NCBI GenBank assembly: GCA_963783385.1 | Contig: CAWANJ010000003.1 | Location: forward strand, 32,001 to 96,000 | Direction: 5' to 3' | Length of the DNA stretch: 64,000 nt | Source: an uncultured Gemmatimonadales bacterium | GTDB taxonomy: Bacteria; Gemmatimonadota; Gemmatimonadetes; Palauibacterales; Palauibacteraceae | Shown here: piece by piece, positions 21,255 through 30,194 of the stretch | Numbering within the stretch: the stretch's first letter is position 1 | Layout of the letters: each line of letters begins with the position of its first letter | Program-made: the position numbers and the translations under genes | The notes under the pieces: model-generated | The model's input: only the letters and a program-made list of their open reading frames with translations | What the model was told of the DNA's origin: nothing | Database searches by the model: none

Positions 21255-22960
21255 CAGACGCTTCCCGGCACCGAGGCCTGCGAACTCGGGGAGGCGGGGG
21301 CGTTCACCGCCGGCTCGAGGTCGTGCTTGCGGCGGAGGAAGGCGTGGATCACCCGCCCGACCCGCAGCGTGGCCGCCTCGAGCGCCTCTTCCTCCCGGGC
21401 CGTGACCGCCCGCGCCGTCGCCGCCACCGTGCCGTTGATCACGTAGGGTCGAATGTCTTCGATCCGGCCCGGCGGGAGCTCCGCGGGGACCGGCACGTCC
21501 CCCACGTTGACCTTGGCCCCCAGGTATACGGGCCCGTCGGGCGTGATGAGCAGGTAGGCCCGGTACGCGATTCCAAAATCGCCGGGCTCGCCCTTCTCCG
21601 ACACGCCCTGCAGTTCTGGGAGCATGTACTCGAACATCAGGTGCGGCGTCGACTCGAGTCCGTCCGGGATCCGGTCCACCTTGTAGAGGGCGAGGCCCGT
21701 CCCCATGTCGCGGAGGGGGTCCTTGACGATGAGGTTGGGGAACCGGGAGCCCGGCTCGGGCGGTACCAGATCCTCCTCGTCGTGGACCCGTCGTGCCATC
21801 GGGATCCGGTCGGGCTCGGGCGCCAGCGCGTTGTGCCTCTCGATCTCCAGGTCGAGCAGCCCCTTCTCGCGTATGACGTAGCAGAGCGGGCTCGCCAGCT
21901 GGCGCGAGTTGACGTACAGCGTGCCCGCGGCGTCGAAGTCCATACGCGGCTCCCACGGCCGCCGCCACGGGGAGCGCAGGGCCGGATCGTCGCGGATCTC
22001 GAGCTCCAGGCCCAGGGCCCCGGCCTGCCGGCGCCAGGCCTCCTCCATCTCCCGCTCGAAATGCCACATGCTGGAAGGGAAGTAGACGATGCGGCGGAAG
22101 CCACGCTCGTGAGCGTATCGGCAGAGTCGCTTCCCCACGGGGTCGTCGCCGTCGTAGGCCCACATCCGGTCCAGGCCCATGCCCGGGTTGAAGTTGGCCT
22201 CCAGATAGACGAGCTCTCCGCCGGAGGGAAGGAGGTCGACGCCCACGAGCGCGCAGCTCTCGACGCCGCGGCGCGTGGCGCGGTGGACGGGGCTCACGGT
22301 CGGGTCGTAGGGAAGGTCCTCCAGGTACTCGACGGCCACGCGTCCGGGATCGACGCCGGCCCACCGCCACAGCGCCTGGAAGACGGACGTGCGGCCGAGG
22401 GGGCCCCGGCGGCTCATCGCCACCCACGCGCGACCCGCCGCGCGGGAGGCGGCGGTGATGGAGCGTCCGAACAGGTGCACGCTCCGCCACGCGCGTCGCC
22501 GCCAGCCTTCCGTGAGCCGGTGCCGCCGTCCAATCCGGGCCAGCGCGCTGCCCAAACGGAACGCGGGACCGTACACGGCCCGGTGGAGGCGGTCGGAGAC
22601 CGTGAAGCTCCGCTCGCGCAGCTCGAGGTCGGCGGCGTCGGCGAGCGCCGCGCGGAGCGGCGCGGGAAGGGAGGCGAAGGGTCCGAGCCAGCGCTCGGGC
22701 GACGCCCACAGCTCCCGGTAATCTTCGCGGGAGCAGCCGGTGTCGCGCCGAACTCGGCGGACCATGCGCGAAGCCGCTGTGCCGCTCACCCGGGAGGGGG
22801 CGGCGGCGAGTTCGGCGAGCGCGCCCTGAATGTGGTCGGCGAGTGGTCGGTTCACGCTGATCGCATCGGTACCGAATTCCGGCGGTCGGAAACCGCGCGG
22901 GTCGGGCAGGCGAGAGCCCGAAGGGGTGGAGGCGAGAGCGGATCCGAGGATCCGCTCCAT
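21254..22960 (-). CDS. Circularly permuted ATP-grasp ligase-like protein, copy D (start 22960 or 23014)
   Basis: VGVDLL..YLEANFNPG, IREKGLL, LIVKDPLRDMGTG, FEYMLP, YRAYLLITPDGP, YVING. Confidence 0.7.
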   Translation of the reverse strand: MERILGSALASTPSGSRLPDPRGFRPPEFGTDAISVNRPLADHIQGALAELAAAPSRVSGTAASRMVRRVRRDTGCSREDYRELWASPERWLGPFASLPAPLRAALADAADLELRERSFTVSDRLHRAVYGPAFRLGSALARIGRRHRLTEGWRRRAWRSVHLFGRSITAASRAAGRAWVAMSRRGPLGRTSVFQALWRWAGVDPGRVAVEYLEDLPYDPTVSPVHRATRRGVESCALVGVDLLPSGGELVYLEANFNPGMGLDRMWAYDGDDPVGKRLCRYAHERGFRRIVYFPSSMWHFEREMEEAWRRQAGALGLELEIRDDPALRSPWRRPWEPRMDFDAAGTLYVNSRQLASPLCYVIREKGLLDLEIERHNALAPEPDRIPMARRVHDEEDLVPPEPGSRFPNLIVKDPLRDMGTGLALYKVDRIPDGLESTPHLMFEYMLPELQGVSEKGEPGDFGIAYRAYLLITPDGPVYLGAKVNVGDVPVPAELPPGRIEDIRPYVINGTVAATARAVTAREEEALEAATLRVGRVIHAFLRRKHDLEPAVNAPASPSSQASVPGSV

Positions 22961-23058
22961 GTGCCCACGGCGCCACCCGGAACCAGCGCGTCGGCCATCC
23001 TCTCCGAGCGCCACGGTAAGTCAGCCCGGTGACAGCGCGCAAGATGAGAGGACGCGGC

Positions 23059-24186
23059 TCACCCCGGCGGGTCCACCCGCGCGGCGATGCCGGACGGGAC
23101 GGCACAGTTCGAGACGCCGCCGAGCTTCCTCGCCTCTCCCGGGAAGAACCTCTTTCGCCAGCGCAGGGCCACATTGACGAGCCCGATGAGCACCGGCACC
23201 TCCACGAGGGGGCCGATCACGGCGGCGAAGGCGGCCCCGTGTCCGATGCCGAACGTCCCGACGGCCACGGCGATGGCCAGCTCGAAGTTGTTGGAGGCCG
23301 CGGTGAACGCCAGGGTCGTGGTGCGGGGGTAGTCGGCGCCCGCCGCGCGGCTGGTGAAGAAGGTGAGGGAGAACATCACCACGAAGTAGATGAGCAGCGG
23401 TACGGCGACGAGCAGGACGGCGACAGGCTGGCCCAGGATCTGGCGGCCCTGGATCGAGAACATGACCACGATCGTGAACAGGAGCGCCACGAGGGTCAAA
23501 GGGGAGATGCGGGGCACGAACGTGCCCTCGTACCAGGCCCTGCCCCTGGTGCGCAGCAAGAGGAACCGCGTCGCCATGCCCGCCGCGAACGGGATCCCGA
23601 GGTAGACGAGCACGCTCCGCGCGATCTGGCCCATGGTGATGTCGACGACCGCCCCGCTCAGTCCAAGCCACCGAGGAACGAGGGTGACGAACAGGTAGGC
23701 GTAGACCGAATAGAACAGGACCTGGAAGATGGAGTTGAACGCCACCAGGCCGGCCGCGTACTCGGGGTCCCCCTCGGCGAGGTCGTTCCACACGATGACC
23801 ATGGCGATGCAGCGCGCCAGGCCGATCAGGATGAGCCCGACCATGAGCTCCGGGTGGTGCCGAAGGAACAGGAGGGCCAGCGCCGTCATGAGGATCGGGC
23901 CCACGACCCAGTTCTGCACCAGGGAGAGGAGGAGGACCTTCCGGTCCCTGAACACGTCGCCCAGCTCCTCGTAGCGGACCCTGGCGAGCGGTGGGTACAT
24001 CATGACAATGAGGCCGATCGCGATCGGCAGCGACGTGGTGCCGACCTGGGTGGCGCGCGCCAGGCCCTGCACGAGACCCGGCCACAGCGATCCGATGGCG
24101 ATCCCGGCCGCCATGGCGGCGAAGATCCAGGCCGTCAGGTAGCGGTCCAGGAGCGACAGGCGACGGGCGGTTCCCCCCTCGCTCAT
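23059..24186 (-). CDS. acr3: ACR3-family arsenite efflux transporter
   Basis: [49 protein letters not shown]. Confidence 0.95.
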   Translation of the reverse strand: MSEGGTARRLSLLDRYLTAWIFAAMAAGIAIGSLWPGLVQGLARATQVGTTSLPIAIGLIVMMYPPLARVRYEELGDVFRDRKVLLLSLVQNWVVGPILMTALALLFLRHHPELMVGLILIGLARCIAMVIVWNDLAEGDPEYAAGLVAFNSIFQVLFYSVYAYLFVTLVPRWLGLSGAVVDITMGQIARSVLVYLGIPFAAGMATRFLLLRTRGRAWYEGTFVPRISPLTLVALLFTIVVMFSIQGRQILGQPVAVLLVAVPLLIYFVVMFSLTFFTSRAAGADYPRTTTLAFTAASNNFELAIAVAVGTFGIGHGAAFAAVIGPLVEVPVLIGLVNVALRWRKRFFPGEARKLGGVSNCAVPSGIAARVDPPG

Positions 24187-24941
24187 CTGCGACCCTCCCG
24201 CAGCTGTGAGGCGAACGCATCGGGCAGCCCGCTGGACTCGATCCCCCGCGCGGCCCGCTCCACGTCGTACGGGATGCGGACGTGCTCCACTCGCCATGTC
24301 GCGGGGGAACCGTCGCCGGGTGCGTCGAGGAGCACGTAGCCGGCGCGGGGGTCGCCGTCCTTGGGCCGGCCCACCGAGCCCGTGTTGACGAACAACATGC
24401 CGTCCACCTCCCGGCGCCAGGGAAGGTGGGTGTGGCCGAACAGGATGGCGTCTCCCTCCGAGAGCCCGGCGCGCGCGGCCATCTTGCGGCAGAAGTCGTC
24501 CGAGCGCTCCTCCGTCCAGTAGAGGGTGTTGAGGGTGGGTGCGCCGTGGACGAGCACGGCTTTCGGGCCCGCGGCGTGGCCGCCGGCCGGGCGCAGGTCG
24601 ATCCTGAAGGGCAGGCCGGCGAGCCGCCTCCGGGTCGCCTCGGTCACGTGGTCCAGGGTCCATGCATAGCTCTCGTGGGAGAGCGCTTCCTGTTCCGGAC
24701 TCTCGGACCGGCACCCGCAATGGGCGTAGCGCGTGGCCGTCGTGGAGTCGTAGTTGCCGGCGACGCCCCCGATGCTCCGCTCGAGCAGGAGGTCGACCAC
24801 CTCGTTCGGCCACGGAGCGTACCCGACCAGGTCGCCCAGGTGGTAGGTCGCGTCGACGTCGGAGCGGCGCCCGATGTCCTCGAGCACCGCCTCCAGGGCG
24901 GGGAGGTTGCCGTGCACGTCGGACAGGATCGCGTACTTCAC
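24183..24941 (-). CDS. Metallophosphoesterase (calcineurin-like) in the ars operon
   Basis: [38 protein letters not shown], plus a HCGC motif. Start and stop overlap both neighbours. Confidence 0.9.
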   Translation of the reverse strand: MKYAILSDVHGNLPALEAVLEDIGRRSDVDATYHLGDLVGYAPWPNEVVDLLLERSIGGVAGNYDSTTATRYAHCGCRSESPEQEALSHESYAWTLDHVTEATRRRLAGLPFRIDLRPAGGHAAGPKAVLVHGAPTLNTLYWTEERSDDFCRKMAARAGLSEGDAILFGHTHLPWRREVDGMLFVNTGSVGRPKDGDPRAGYVLLDAPGDGSPATWRVEHVRIPYDVERAARGIESSGLPDAFASQLREGRR

Positions 24942-25766
24942 CGGCGGGCCGGCTTCCGGGCGCGGACGAAGGCGGCCATGAAGCGGCCCTCGATCTGCGG
25001 CGCGACCCGGACCGGGTCGAGTCCCGCATCCTCCAGGAAGCTCCGTGCCTCCTCGAGCGTATACACGCGCGTCGGCTCGATCGACACGTCCATGAACCCC
25101 GCCTCGGTCAGGAGGCTCCGGAACTCGGACTCCTCGAGGGCTCCGGCCACGCAGCCGGCCCACAGCTCCATGCTGCGGCGGACCTCCTCGGGCACGACGC
25201 CGCGGACCACGACGTCGGAGATCGCGAGCCGACCACCGGGTCGCAGGACCCGGAAGGCCTCGCGGAGGGTGCGCGCCTTGTCGCCGGACAGGTTGACCAC
25301 GCAGTTCGGAGATGACCACGTCCACCGAGGCGTCGGGGAGCGGAACGGCCTCGATCTCGCCCTTGAGGAACTCGGCGTTCGTCGACTCCATGCCGCGCTG
25401 GTTCCGTCGCGCCAGCTCCAGCATCTCGTCCGTCATGTCGAGCCCGTAGGCTTTGCCGCCGGGCGCCACGCGCCGGGCGGAGAGCAGGACGTCGATGCCG
25501 CCGCCGGAGCCCAGGTCGAGCACGATCTCGCCCGGGTGCAGGTCCGCGAGCGCGGTCGGATTGCCGCACCCGAGGGAGGCCGCCAGGGCGTCCTCGGGGA
25601 GCCCCTCGGAGTCCGCCGGTACCGTACAGGTCGCGTGTAATGGCGTCGCCGCCTCCCTCGGGCCCGCAGCCACAGCCGCAGCTCCGAGCCGCCCGGACCG
25701 GTTCTCCACGCGGGCCGCGGCCGCGGCGTACTTCTCCCGCACGATCTCCTTCACGTCGTCGCCCAC
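24938..25766 (-). CDS. arsM: Arsenite S-adenosylmethionine methyltransferase (frameshifted)
   Basis: [23 protein letters not shown] (alternative frame), [39 protein letters not shown]. Confidence 0.9.
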
Positions 25767-25850
25767 CAGGTCCTCCCCCTGCTTTCGCCCATGCCTGGCT
25801 ACCCGGGGACTCGCCCCCGGGCGGCGCTTCGAGGCCATCCGGTTGCGCTG

Positions 25851-25882
25851 TATAGATACATCTCTATATTGATGGTTGTCAA
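25851..25882 (-). promoter_or_regulatory. ars promoter (TTGACA -35) with overlapping ArsR-type operator
   Basis: An AT-rich island in high-GC DNA: TTGACA at 25882-25877 and the imperfect palindrome TATAGATACATCTCTATA at 25851-25868. Confidence 0.7.
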
Positions 25883-25927
25883 GATTGGGTGAAGTCGAGC
25901 ACGGTCCGATCGATCGGGAGGCATGGA

Positions 25928-26444
25928 GTGGGCACGGGTACTCTGAGGGAGACCCATGGGGAGGAGGCCGACGCGGCGAGGCTCGCGGCCACGCTCAAGG
26001 CGCTCTCGCATCCGTCGCGCGTCCAGATCGTGGAACTCATCCACGAGCGCGGGGGCGAGATCTGCGTGTGCGAGTTCGCCGGCCGGCTCGATCTCTCCCA
26101 GCCGACCATCTCCGCATCACCTCAAGATCCTCCGCGACGCTGGCCTCATCGCCAGTCGGCAGGAGGGGACGTGGGTCTACCACACGGTGAGGCGGGACGC
26201 CGTGGCCGCTCTCGTGGAGCCGGCTGGCGGCCTGGGCCTCGGTCCCCGGAAGGCGGGTCGGAGACCGAGGATGGGGAGGACCGCGCTCCGTGCTGCCCGA
26301 CCTCGACGAAGCGCGGTCCCGGAGACTAGCTGGGGGCGCGGCCGCCGCTCGGCGGCGGACTCCCCCATGGCGCCGACGCCCGGTTCCGAGCGTCCCTTCA
26401 GGCCCGGAACGAGGCTCGGCGTCGTGCGCCGGTACGCCTCGTAG
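25928..26444 (+). CDS. arsR: ArsR/SmtB regulator (frameshift near 26113; 3' end uncertain)
   Basis: LKALSHPSRVQI, GEICVCEF (As-binding CVC), LSQPTIS, HLKILRDAGLI, GTWVYH. Confidence 0.85.
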
Positions 26445-26920
26445 GCTTCACCGTGGTAGGTGAGGAGATCGTGCTCCTCGAACTGCAGCGCGACCAGGAT
26501 GTAGGCGGTGCTGACGGCGGCGAACAGCAGGTGACCCATGGTCATCGTCGGCGTGGCCCAGAAGGCCACGATGAACCCGAGCATGAGCGGGTGGCGCACG
26601 TAGCGGTAGAAGCCGCGGGTCTGGAAGTGGGGGTGGCGATACTCGCCGCCGCGGAAATACGTCCAGGCCTGCCGGAGCCCGAACAGGTCGAAGTGGTCGA
26701 TCATCCACGTTCCCAGGAAGACGATCGACCAGCCGGCGGCGAACAGGGCCCACAGGAGGTCCCGTCCGAGCGCTCCGTGGACGTCCCATACCACGCCCTG
26801 GATGGGGCGCCAGAAGGCGAAGGTGACGAGGAGGATGACGCTGGCCAGGAGCACGAACGTTGAGCGCTCCACGGGCCGGGGGACGATGCGGGTCCAGCGG
26901 CGCTTGAAGGCCGGCCGGGC
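26177..26920 (-). pseudogene. mddA: Second MddA-family methyltransferase, 5'-truncated
   Basis: Begins abruptly at ARPAFKRRWT right after the apbE stop; VERSTFVL, IDHFDLFGLRQ, YRYVRHPLMLGF, FEEHDL. About 60 N-terminal residues are missing. Confidence 0.75.
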
Positions 26921-27973
26921 TCAGATCCTGGACGCGCCCGGAGCCGCTCTCCCGAGGATGGCCGCGGACTCCCGCTCCGAGGCGCCGAACACCGCGGTCG
27001 CGCCCGCGTCCGCGGCCATGCAGTCGTCGGCCAGCACGGTGACGCTGTGCACCGTCGTCCGCCACGGGGACGCGGTCTGCGGGTCGAGGATGTGCCCGTA
27101 GCGGCGGCCCCGGTAGTCGAAGTACTGCTCGTAGTCGCCCGACGTCGCGATGGCGCGGTCGGTGACGTCGAGCTGGCCCAGGAGCCGCGTAGGGTCCGCC
27201 GGAGACCGGATGCCCACGCGCCACGGCCCCCCTTCCGGAGACGTGCCCAGTGCGTACAGGTCGCCCCCGGCGTTGACCATCCCGTCGCGGACCCCGTGGC
27301 GGCGGAGGGCCCGGACGGCCCTGTCGACCGCGTGTCCCTTGGCGATCCCGCCCAGGTCGACGCCCACCTCCGGGTGCCGCCGGACAATGTAGCCGGGCCG
27401 GTCATCCTCGCCGCCATGCTCCCGCTCGACCGCGAGCTCCCGGTACAGGGCCTGGCCGGCGAAGGCCGCTACGGCCTCGCGGGAGGGCGGACTGTGCCGG
27501 TGGTCCACGTCCCACAGGACCAGGGCCCGGGCCAGGCCGGGATCGAAGCGATCGCCGCTGGCCTCCGCCCACTTCAGCCCCTCGGCCACCACGCGGGCCG
27601 TCTCCGCGTGAACCGGTGTGCGCATCCCCACCGCCGCCGCGTTCACCCGGCCCACGTCCGAGGCCCGGCTGAAGCGGCTCATGGTGCGATCCACCCAGCG
27701 GAGCTCCGCCAGCGCCGCCCCGATGGCGGCCTCGGCGCGCTCCGCGTCGTCGTCCACGACGCCCACTTCGGCCAGCGTCCCCATGACGGGTATGGTGCGG
27801 CTGTAGAGCCGACGGGACAGGCGGAAACCCACGGCCGGGACGGCCGCCACCACGAACACGCCCGCGCCGATGGAGACGAAGCGCCGCCGCGAGACGGTGC
27901 GCTCCGCCGGCGCGGGCTCAGTCACGCCGTCCGGCGTCCAGCGATCCTCCGACCCTCTGTCGATGACGTTCAT
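26921..27973 (-). CDS. apbE: FAD:protein FMN transferase with Tat signal
   Basis: SRRRFV Tat motif, VMGT, DLGGIAKG, NAGGDL, ATSGDYEQYF, HILDP. Confidence 0.92.
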   Translation of the reverse strand: MNVIDRGSEDRWTPDGVTEPAPAERTVSRRRFVSIGAGVFVVAAVPAVGFRLSRRLYSRTIPVMGTLAEVGVVDDDAERAEAAIGAALAELRWVDRTMSRFSRASDVGRVNAAAVGMRTPVHAETARVVAEGLKWAEASGDRFDPGLARALVLWDVDHRHSPPSREAVAAFAGQALYRELAVEREHGGEDDRPGYIVRRHPEVGVDLGGIAKGHAVDRAVRALRRHGVRDGMVNAGGDLYALGTSPEGGPWRVGIRSPADPTRLLGQLDVTDRAIATSGDYEQYFDYRGRRYGHILDPQTASPWRTTVHSVTVLADDCMAADAGATAVFGASERESAAILGRAAPGASRI

Positions 27974-28185
27974 GTTACCTTGCCGTGGTTGGAGCCCGTC
28001 TCGATCCGGTAGTCGGGACACGCCGGGCTGGCCTCGTCCCGGCCCCCGTACAGCGCACACCCCTCGCCCTCGTCACCCCGCAAAGCGCAGTCTCCGCAGC
28101 CCTCCTCACCCCGGTCCGCCAGTCCGAACCCGACGTACACGCCGACCAGGATGGCCATGCCCACGACCCCGATCACGAGCTCCAT
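27970..28185 (-). CDS. Small membrane-anchored 4-Cys protein
   Basis: One TM helix then CGDC..C..C; fills the gap exactly between rnfA and apbE (ATGA overlap). Confidence 0.6.
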   Translation of the reverse strand: MELVIGVVGMAILVGVYVGFGLADRGEEGCGDCALRGDEGEGCALYGGRDEASPACPDYRIETGSNHGKVT

Positions 28186-28186
28186 G

Positions 28187-28768
28187 TCAGGCTCCCGCGC
28201 TGAGCAGGCCGGCGAAGCCCATGAAGGCCATGGACAGGCTGGCCGCGATGATCATGGCGAGGCCCATCTCCCTGGCGATGGCTGGGACGCTGGCGGTCTC
28301 CGAGCGCTGGCGGATCGACGCCATGAGCACCAGCGCCAGCGTGAAGCCAGCCCCCGCCCCGAGCGCGAAGGCGAGGCCCTCGAAGAAGCCGTAGCCCCGG
28401 GCGTACTGGAACAGCGCCAGGTAGAGGATCGCGCAGTTGGTCGTGATCAGGGGCAGGTAGATGCCCAGTGCCCGGAACAGGGCCGGGCTCGTCTTCTTGA
28501 CCACCATCTCCACGATCTGGACCAGGGAGGCGATCACCACGATATAGGAGATGAGGCGGAGATAGGGCGCCACCGGGAGGACCCAGGCGTTCAGGAACGA
28601 GACGGCGCTGGCGGTGAGCACCATCACGAAGGTCACCGCTCCCCCCATGCGCAGGGCGGTCGGCACCTTCTTGGACACGCCGAAGAAGGGGCACAGTCCC
28701 ACGAAGTAGGCGAGCACGAAGTTGTTGATCAGGGCCGCCGACACGAAGATACGGGTCAGGTCTCCCAT
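28187..28768 (-). CDS. rnfA: Rnf complex subunit A
   Basis: NNFVLAYFVGLCPFFGVSKK, LGIYLPLITTNCAIL. Confidence 0.92.
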   Translation of the reverse strand: MGDLTRIFVSAALINNFVLAYFVGLCPFFGVSKKVPTALRMGGAVTFVMVLTASAVSFLNAWVLPVAPYLRLISYIVVIASLVQIVEMVVKKTSPALFRALGIYLPLITTNCAILYLALFQYARGYGFFEGLAFALGAGAGFTLALVLMASIRQRSETASVPAIAREMGLAMIIAASLSMAFMGFAGLLSAGA

Positions 28769-28787
28769 CGCTCTCTCCAACCTCTCT

Positions 28788-29472
28788 CTACGCCACCATC
28801 TCGGGGCGCCGCTCCTCCGGAGCCCGGACGCCGTGCGGCCACCGGCGAGGCTTGACGGCCTCGTCCTTCTTCTCGCCGCGCTGCCACCACCAGCTCATGC
28901 CCATGAGGATGGCGCCCAGGGTGAGGAAGCCCCCGGGCGGCAGGATCATGATCACCCACGGCTCCCAGTTGTGCGGCATGACCTGGATGCCGAGGAAGGT
29001 CCCGCTCCCGAGGAGCTCCCGAACGCTCCCCATGAGGAGGAGGGCGACCGAGAAGCCCGCGGCCGTCCCGGCGGCGTCGAGGATCGAGGGCAGGAGCCGG
29101 TTCTTGGACGCGAACGCCTCGGCCCTGCCCAGGATCATGCAGTTGACCACGATGAGGGGGACGAAGGCGCCGAGTGCCTTGGACATCGAGGGCGCCACGG
29201 CTCGCCATGATCAGGTCCACGACGGTCACGAAGGTCGCGATGATGAGGATGTATCCGCTCATGCGGACCTGGCTCGGGATGTAGTCCTTGACCAACGAGA
29301 CCAGGGCGCTCGAGCCTACGATGACGAAGGCCGTGGCCAGGGCCATGGCGATGGCGTTGTCCACCGAGTTCGTCACGGCGAGGGTGGGGCACAGGCCCAG
29401 GATCTGGACCAGCACCGGGTTCTCCTCCCACACGCCCCGGAGGAACACCTCGCGACCCGTCCTGTCGGTCAT
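28788..29472 (-). CDS. rnfE: Rnf complex subunit E (frameshift near 29205)
   Basis: ENPVLVQILGLCPTLAVT, PLIVVNCMILGRAEAFA, LPPGGFL. Confidence 0.9.
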
Positions 29473-30194
29473 GACCCGTCTCCTCCGTGCGCCGCGCGAC
29501 CGGGCGCCCCGCCCAGCGCCGATCCCACGGCCTCCAGGCTCTGGTTGATGATCGTGATCACCGTCGTGGACGAGATCGTGGCGCCCGTGATCATGTCCAC
29601 CTGGTGCGGATCCTGGGCCGGGTGCTTGACCCCGTCGATCAGGGGCGCCAGCACGCTGTCGAAGCCGTGTATGAACGCCGAGTCGGACGTGATCTTCGCC
29701 CCGAGGCCCGGCGTCTCCTTGCTCTCGAGCACCTTCATGCCGAGCACCTTCCGGTCGGCCGGGTCGTAGCCGAAGATCAGCTTGACCACGTCCTGGTAGC
29801 CCGGCTTCTGTCCGGGGACCGCGTAGCCCACCATGTGGCCGTCGGCGGCGTACCCCGCGTACACGGGCCGCGCCGCCGACGAGTCGACGCCGGCGGGGAG
29901 GCTGTCGAGGAGCTTCCCGCTCACGACCCAGCGGGTCTCGTAGCGCTGCGGCTCCCCGAGCACCTCTTCGATGGCCTGGCGCAGCTCGGCGGCCCGGTGT
30001 GCCTCGATCCGGGGCTGGGCCCAGCCGTGCACGAGCACGATCGCGATCCCGGCCACCACCGACAGCAGGCCCAGCGCGCCGACGAGGAGAAGGGAGGACG
30101 GCTGCGATCCTCGGGCGCCGCCTCCGGACGCCGCCGACCCGTCCGGACTCGTCGCCGCGCTGTCCGCGGGCCGGTCCCCCTGGCCCGTGCTCAT
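29469..30194 (-). CDS. rnfG: Rnf complex subunit G (FMN-binding)
   Basis: KETPGLG and the ITGATISS flavinylation motif. Confidence 0.9.
   Translation of the reverse strand: MSTGQGDRPADSAATSPDGSAASGGGARGSQPSSLLLVGALGLLSVVAGIAIVLVHGWAQPRIEAHRAAELRQAIEEVLGEPQRYETRWVVSGKLLDSLPAGVDSSAARPVYAGYAADGHMVGYAVPGQKPGYQDVVKLIFGYDPADRKVLGMKVLESKETPGLGAKITSDSAFIHGFDSVLAPLIDGVKHPAQDPHQVDMITGATISSTTVITIINQSLEAVGSALGGAPGRAAHGGDGS

Noticed and set aside
23059-25838. Apparent ArsM-phosphoesterase fusion (551 aa) and N-extended Acr3 (656 aa) in the ORF track
   Set aside because: Artefacts of the arsM frameshift and high-GC open frames. Separate overlapping starts exist at 24941 and 24186.
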